NCBI GenBank assembly: GCA_049322255.1
Contig: JBMORE010000008.1
Location: 1-39,297, forward strand
Direction: 5' to 3'
From: Myxococcota bacterium
Lineage (GTDB): Bacteria > Myxococcota > Myxococcia > Myxococcales > Myxococcaceae
Length of the DNA stretch: 39,297 nucleotides
Under the pieces are notes generated by a model. It was not told where the DNA came from, did no database searches, and saw nothing but the letters and a program-made list of their open reading frames with translations. The position numbers and the translations under genes are program-made. Positions 35,174 to 39,297 of this stretch are shown here, piece after piece (the stretch's first letter is position 1; each line of letters opens with the position of its first letter).

Positions 35174-36440
35174 TGGCCGCGACCTTCTGCGACTTGGCGA
35201 CGGGCACGCGCACGCGACCGGTGAGGAGGTCGTGCATGACACCGGCCTTCAATAAGCGAAGCTTCGCAGCTACCTGTGAATCGGCCTGCAGGCGAGCGTC
35301 CACTACATCCAGGCCACGAACTATCTCCGACTGTTCCTGAGGCGGCGGAATGGGCACCGGCAAACGACCCAGTTGCGTCTTGTTGATCGACGCAAGGTTG
35401 GTCGTCTGCTTCCCCGCGACCATGAAGTATCGACGGGCAATTGGCGTTGCCGTCCAGGCATTCAAGAACACCGGGAGGAGCGCGGTGCCGCATCGCACGA
35501 CAAAGACATGGTTCTGGTGCACGCACGGTTCGCTGCTCCCGGCCCAGACAGCACCGCGGCCGAGTTTGTCCAGGTCGCCGCCTTCGTTCATGAGCACGTC
35601 GCCGGCGAGAACTCTGTAGCGCTCGAGGTCAGCCGCTTCGATCTGGACCGTCTTCATCTCGGATAGGTCGAGGAAGCCATCTTGCACATTGGCGACACGC
35701 AGGTACTGGACCGCAATCGGTCTTGAGAACACTCGACCTTCGTTCTTTGCAATTCCTGTCCTGACCTCTGCAACCTTGTGCAGATGGGAGGACTCCCAGT
35801 CCTTCGGAATCCACCCGAGCGGCGACTCCTTGTAGAGCTTCGGAGCCTCCTCGCGCGCAGGTCGGAGTTGCCCATCCGGCGTGACGCCGCGGGTGAACAG
35901 GTCGTTCATCAGACCGGCCTTGATCTGCTGCGTCTTGGCGATCAGGGCTTCGGTCTGCTCGATGGCCTCATCAACAGTCGAAACAAGTTCCGCGATCCAC
36001 CGCTGTGCATCGATCGCCGGTGCTGGTACCGGCATCGACCGAAGGTCATCCGAGCCGATTGCGAGAAAGGTCGAACCCTGACTCCTTCGATGCAGATACC
36101 CGACGCCATGCTCAATGGCGCTCAGCAAGAAAACATCGTCGGCCTCGTCTGGTCTTGCGAGCACTGCACCGAGCCCGCGGCCGATGCAGTAGTCCCGATC
36201 CGCGCGGTTCGTGGTTCCGACGGGGGCACGCACGCTGATCAGCGTCGAGCCAGCTTTGGCCACACGAAGCGGCGGCGAACAGTGGAGCCGGGCCGTGGGA
36301 TGTCGCGAGCCAAACTCGGCACATCCCTGCAGAAAGGGCAGCCCCTGTTCGTTGAAGTTGACCATTGCAGACTCAGGCGATTGCCCCATCGTGATGGTGG
36401 CTAGCTCCTCGAGCGGCCGGGTCGGGATGTGGTCAGGCAT
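35166..36440 (-). CDS. hsdS: Type I R-M specificity subunit S
   Basis: Two TRDs ('MGQSP…VRAPVG…IGRGL'; '[10 protein letters not shown]…[10 protein letters not shown]…HQNH') with helices '[12 protein letters not shown]…IPKDW' and '[15 protein letters not shown]'. ATG 36440 overlaps the hsdM end. Confidence 0.95.
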   Translation of the reverse strand: MPDHIPTRPLEELATITMGQSPESAMVNFNEQGLPFLQGCAEFGSRHPTARLHCSPPLRVAKAGSTLISVRAPVGTTNRADRDYCIGRGLGAVLARPDEADDVFLLSAIEHGVGYLHRRSQGSTFLAIGSDDLRSMPVPAPAIDAQRWIAELVSTVDEAIEQTEALIAKTQQIKAGLMNDLFTRGVTPDGQLRPAREEAPKLYKESPLGWIPKDWESSHLHKVAEVRTGIAKNEGRVFSRPIAVQYLRVANVQDGFLDLSEMKTVQIEAADLERYRVLAGDVLMNEGGDLDKLGRGAVWAGSSEPCVHQNHVFVVRCGTALLPVFLNAWTATPIARRYFMVAGKQTTNLASINKTQLGRLPVPIPPPQEQSEIVRGLDVVDARLQADSQVAAKLRLLKAGVMHDLLTGRVRVPVAKSQKVAANV

Positions 36441-39102
36441 ACCCCAGCTCCACGAGGAAGCTCTTCGCCTTCTTCGCGGCCGCATCGCGGCGCTTCTCGA
36501 TGTCCTCGGCAGTGACCGCGTACTTCGAGTAGAGGTTCTCGAGTGCGGTGAGGCACGCGCGTTGGTCCGCGCGCAGGTAGGACTCGTAGGTCTGTACGAG
36601 GAGTCGGTGCAACCGCTCGATGATGACCTTGCGGGCCTCGTTGCGATCGATCTTCTCACGCGCGGCGGCGACGAGATCCTCCTGCTTCTTCTCGGCCGCG
36701 CGCAGGTCGGCCTTGAGCTGCTTCGCCTCATCCTCGAGAGCCTTGTGCCGCTCGAGGCGGGCCTCCCGTGCTTGCACACGCTCAAGCGTTTCACAGCCGT
36801 CCTGCATGCGGTGGCGGACCGCATCAACCCTGTCTGACTTGAAGTTGGCATCCGTCGCGAGATCGAGGATGACCTGGCCCGCGCTGAAGTCAGCATCCTT
36901 CGCGGACATGCCCTGGGTGATGTCGCCCTTCTTCATTCCCCTCGGTAGAACGCCCGCGACCTTCATCTCCGTGAACAGGTCCGTGGCGAGGGCCTTCAGC
37001 TCCTTCAGCGCCGTCTTCCAGGTGGCGTTCAGCTCCTTCAGCTCCTCTTTCAAAGCCTTGACTTGGTCGCCAGGCAGCACGCCGACATCGTCTTCATCCT
37101 CATAGTCTTCCTCGTCGGCCCCAGCGAAGAGGGCTGTGAGCTCGGCCAGACGGGTTCGCTTGGTCTCGATATCGGCCAGCACTTCGGGGAACTGGGACGC
37201 CAAAATATCGCTGTCGGGGATCAGCTCGGAGCCCCAGCCGCTCGCCGCAATGGACTTGAGGTCGGCTTTGAGATCGCTGACGTACCGCGCGAAGGCGCCT
37301 CGAATCTGATGGCCGTCGAGGAGCGTGCTGCCCGTGAACTCTTTGTCGATCGACGAGAGGAGGTTGCGCCGGAGCGCATAGACGTTTCCCTTCTTGCCGT
37401 TGGTCGGCGCGAGCGCCTCTATGCCGGTCAGGTGCTTCTGCCACCATGCGTCGAGCTTCTTGCGAAAGGCCTCGTGCGCCGCTGCGACACTCTTGTCGCC
37501 GTTGACGATGTCGGCGAGGGCACGGCGGTCGGTCACCTCAGGGGCGAAGTCGAGGTACGAGGTAGTCCCGGCACGCGGCCGGAAGCAGCGCTTGCGAAGC
37601 TCCGGATAGTTGGTCCAGAAGTGCCTCAGAGCTTCCACCTCCGACTTCGGGACGCCTCCGTGCAGGTGTGCCCGCACGTCCTGCGGCTCGGGCGGCGGGG
37701 CGTTGTCGACGTAGCGCCGGATGTTGCAGTTGAAGTCCTCGCCCTCGATCTCGCTGACCGGCACGCGGCGCGCGTAACTTGGGATCTCCTCCGCGCTCCT
37801 GCTCGTCAGCGTGCGGTAGGCGTGGACGATGCGCGAGATGTCCTCGGCGCGCAGGAAGTTCTGCGCCTTGCCCTCGCGGTAATCACGATCCGCGTTGATG
37901 AACACGACGTGCTTGCGCGCCTGCGCATCCTTCTTGTTCATCACCAGCAGACACGCGGGGATGCCCGTGCCGTAGAAGAGGCCCGCCGGGAGGCCGATGA
38001 CCGCCTCGAGCCAGCCGTGCTCGATGAAGTGGCGCCGCGCCTCGCGCTCCTCGCCGCCGCGGAAGAGCACGCCGTGGGGCATGACCGTGGCCATCTTGCC
38101 GTTCGCCTTCAGCACCGCCAGCATGTGCTGGACGAACATCAGGTCGGCCTTCTTGCCCTTCTCGGGGAGCCAGACCGCGAAGCGTCCCGGATACTCGATG
38201 TCCTTCTTGATGTAGTTCTGGCTGAAAGGAGGATTGGCGAGGACGCGGTCGTAGCGCTTCAGCTCGCCATTCTCGTCCTTGTGCTGGGGTCTACGGATCG
38301 TGTCTTCCTGCCGGATGTCGGCGTCGGCGATGTTGTGCAAGAGCATGTTCATCTTGCAGATGGACCACGTCGAGCCGATGCTCTCCTGACCAAAGAGTGA
38401 GCGGTTCTTGGGATTTCCGCCGCACTCGCGAATGTAGTCTGCTGCCTGGATGAGCATGCCGCCCGAGCCGCAGGTCGGGTCATAGATGCTCATCCCCTCC
38501 TGCGGGTCTACGATCTCGACCAGCGTGCGAACGACATCGGCGGGGGTATAGAACTCACCGGCCTTCTTGCCCGCGGAGTCGGCGAAGTACTTGATTAGAT
38601 ACTCGTAGGCGGCGCCGAGAAGGTCGGGAAACTCGAAGTTCTCGTCACGCAGCGGGATCTTCTCGAAGTTCTGGACGAAGTTCGACAGGGTGTCGTCGTC
38701 GAGGGTGCGCTGGCCGATCTTGCGGTTGAAGTTGATGTGCTTCAGCACATCCTGCAGCGCATCGACGTTGGCGTCTTCGAGGGCCTCAAGCGCCTTGTTA
38801 AGCGCGGAGCCCACGTTGGTCTTGAGGTGGCGGACGTTGGACCACCGCGCTTCCTCGGGGACGAAGAAGTTGTACTTGTCGGAGTTTTCGAGCTGCTTGG
38901 CAATGGCGCTGGCGGCCATGCCCTTCGCCTTCAGATCCTTGCCAAGCTGCTCACGCTCCTGGTCGAAGAGGTCGGAAACCCTCTTCAGGAAGAGCATCCC
39001 GAAGATGTACTCCTTGTACTCCGAGGGATCCATGTTGGCGCGTAGATCGTCGCATGCGCGGAGCAGAAGGCTCGAGAGCTGGCTGAGTGTCAGTTTGGTC
39101 AT
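36433..39102 (-). CDS. hsdM: Type I R-M methyltransferase subunit M, long form (889 aa)
   Basis: 'GEFYTP', motif I 'YDPTCGSGG', motif IV 'ANPPF', 'PHGVLFRGG', 'LFYGTGIP'; ~400 aa helical C-terminal extension. Confidence 0.97.
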   Translation of the reverse strand: MTKLTLSQLSSLLLRACDDLRANMDPSEYKEYIFGMLFLKRVSDLFDQEREQLGKDLKAKGMAASAIAKQLENSDKYNFFVPEEARWSNVRHLKTNVGSALNKALEALEDANVDALQDVLKHINFNRKIGQRTLDDDTLSNFVQNFEKIPLRDENFEFPDLLGAAYEYLIKYFADSAGKKAGEFYTPADVVRTLVEIVDPQEGMSIYDPTCGSGGMLIQAADYIRECGGNPKNRSLFGQESIGSTWSICKMNMLLHNIADADIRQEDTIRRPQHKDENGELKRYDRVLANPPFSQNYIKKDIEYPGRFAVWLPEKGKKADLMFVQHMLAVLKANGKMATVMPHGVLFRGGEEREARRHFIEHGWLEAVIGLPAGLFYGTGIPACLLVMNKKDAQARKHVVFINADRDYREGKAQNFLRAEDISRIVHAYRTLTSRSAEEIPSYARRVPVSEIEGEDFNCNIRRYVDNAPPPEPQDVRAHLHGGVPKSEVEALRHFWTNYPELRKRCFRPRAGTTSYLDFAPEVTDRRALADIVNGDKSVAAAHEAFRKKLDAWWQKHLTGIEALAPTNGKKGNVYALRRNLLSSIDKEFTGSTLLDGHQIRGAFARYVSDLKADLKSIAASGWGSELIPDSDILASQFPEVLADIETKRTRLAELTALFAGADEEDYEDEDDVGVLPGDQVKALKEELKELNATWKTALKELKALATDLFTEMKVAGVLPRGMKKGDITQGMSAKDADFSAGQVILDLATDANFKSDRVDAVRHRMQDGCETLERVQAREARLERHKALEDEAKQLKADLRAAEKKQEDLVAAAREKIDRNEARKVIIERLHRLLVQTYESYLRADQRACLTALENLYSKYAVTAEDIEKRRDAAAKKAKSFLVELGYA

Positions 39103-39127
39103 GCGCCCCCACGAACCCCAGATACTC

Positions 39128-39162
39128 GAAAGCCCCACCGGCTAACTACCGGCAGGGCCTTC
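39128..39162 (-). terminator. Stem-loop immediately 3' of the tRNA
   Basis: GAAGGCCCTGCCGGT-AGTTA-GCCGGTGGGGCTTTC pairs over ~15 bp with G-U pairs; weak U-tract. Confidence 0.65.
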
Positions 39163-39171
39163 GGTTTTCTA

Positions 39172-39246
<75 letters not shown>

Positions 39247-39260
39247 GCAAATGTGTGGGT

Positions 39261-39289
39261 CTTCTATACACCAGGATTTTGGGCGTCAA
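39261..39289 (-). promoter_or_regulatory. Probable sigma70 promoter of the tRNA
   Basis: TTGACG-N17-TAGAAG, 14 nt upstream of the tRNA 5' end. Confidence 0.55.
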
Positions 39290-39297
39290 GGGAATTG

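Noticed and set aside
35166..36896. 576-aa HsdS with N-terminal extension
   Set aside because: The extension is an alternative frame of hsdM; ATG 36440 overlapping the hsdM end gives a normal 424-aa HsdS.
28030..39170. Intact integrative element or prophage
   Set aside because: No integrase, transposase, phage genes or tRNA-derived direct repeat found by eye.

Overview
GC-rich window that looks myxobacterial (MYXO-CTERM protein, HNxG-type histidine kinase, Cys-rich exported proteins); the taxon is inferred. Bases 1-28030 are mostly accessory or housekeeping genes: an LPP20/FlgP-like + FlgT-like pair, PilZ, FKBP PPIase, two gluzincin peptidases around a cold-shock gene, a RHH-MazF toxin-antitoxin pair, a TSUP exporter, a Cys-repeat MYXO-CTERM protein, Hsp20, PncB, an orphan PAS kinase, a PrpD-family + ComA pair and MalQ. 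This part ends in a bufferin-type RiPP cluster (BufA2-like precursor, DUF692 MNIO, DUF2063) headed by a YceI-like gene with an ECF-type promoter. Bases ~28030-39170 form an integrase-less, minus-strand defence-type island directly downstream of an initiator tRNA-Met. It holds a coupled operon hsdM(long)-hsdS-hsdR-M48/YgjP-Schlafen(AlbA_2)/HATPase/HTH, a 44-bp four-half-site palindrome, and an unannotated coupled trio (2-TM protein, TM-helical protein, Zn-finger HNH-like protein) whose last gene appears truncated where it meets bufC. The best novelty candidates are that trio, the YceI-bufferin operon and the Schlafen-bearing R-M operon. Family calls come from motif recognition; no searches were run.
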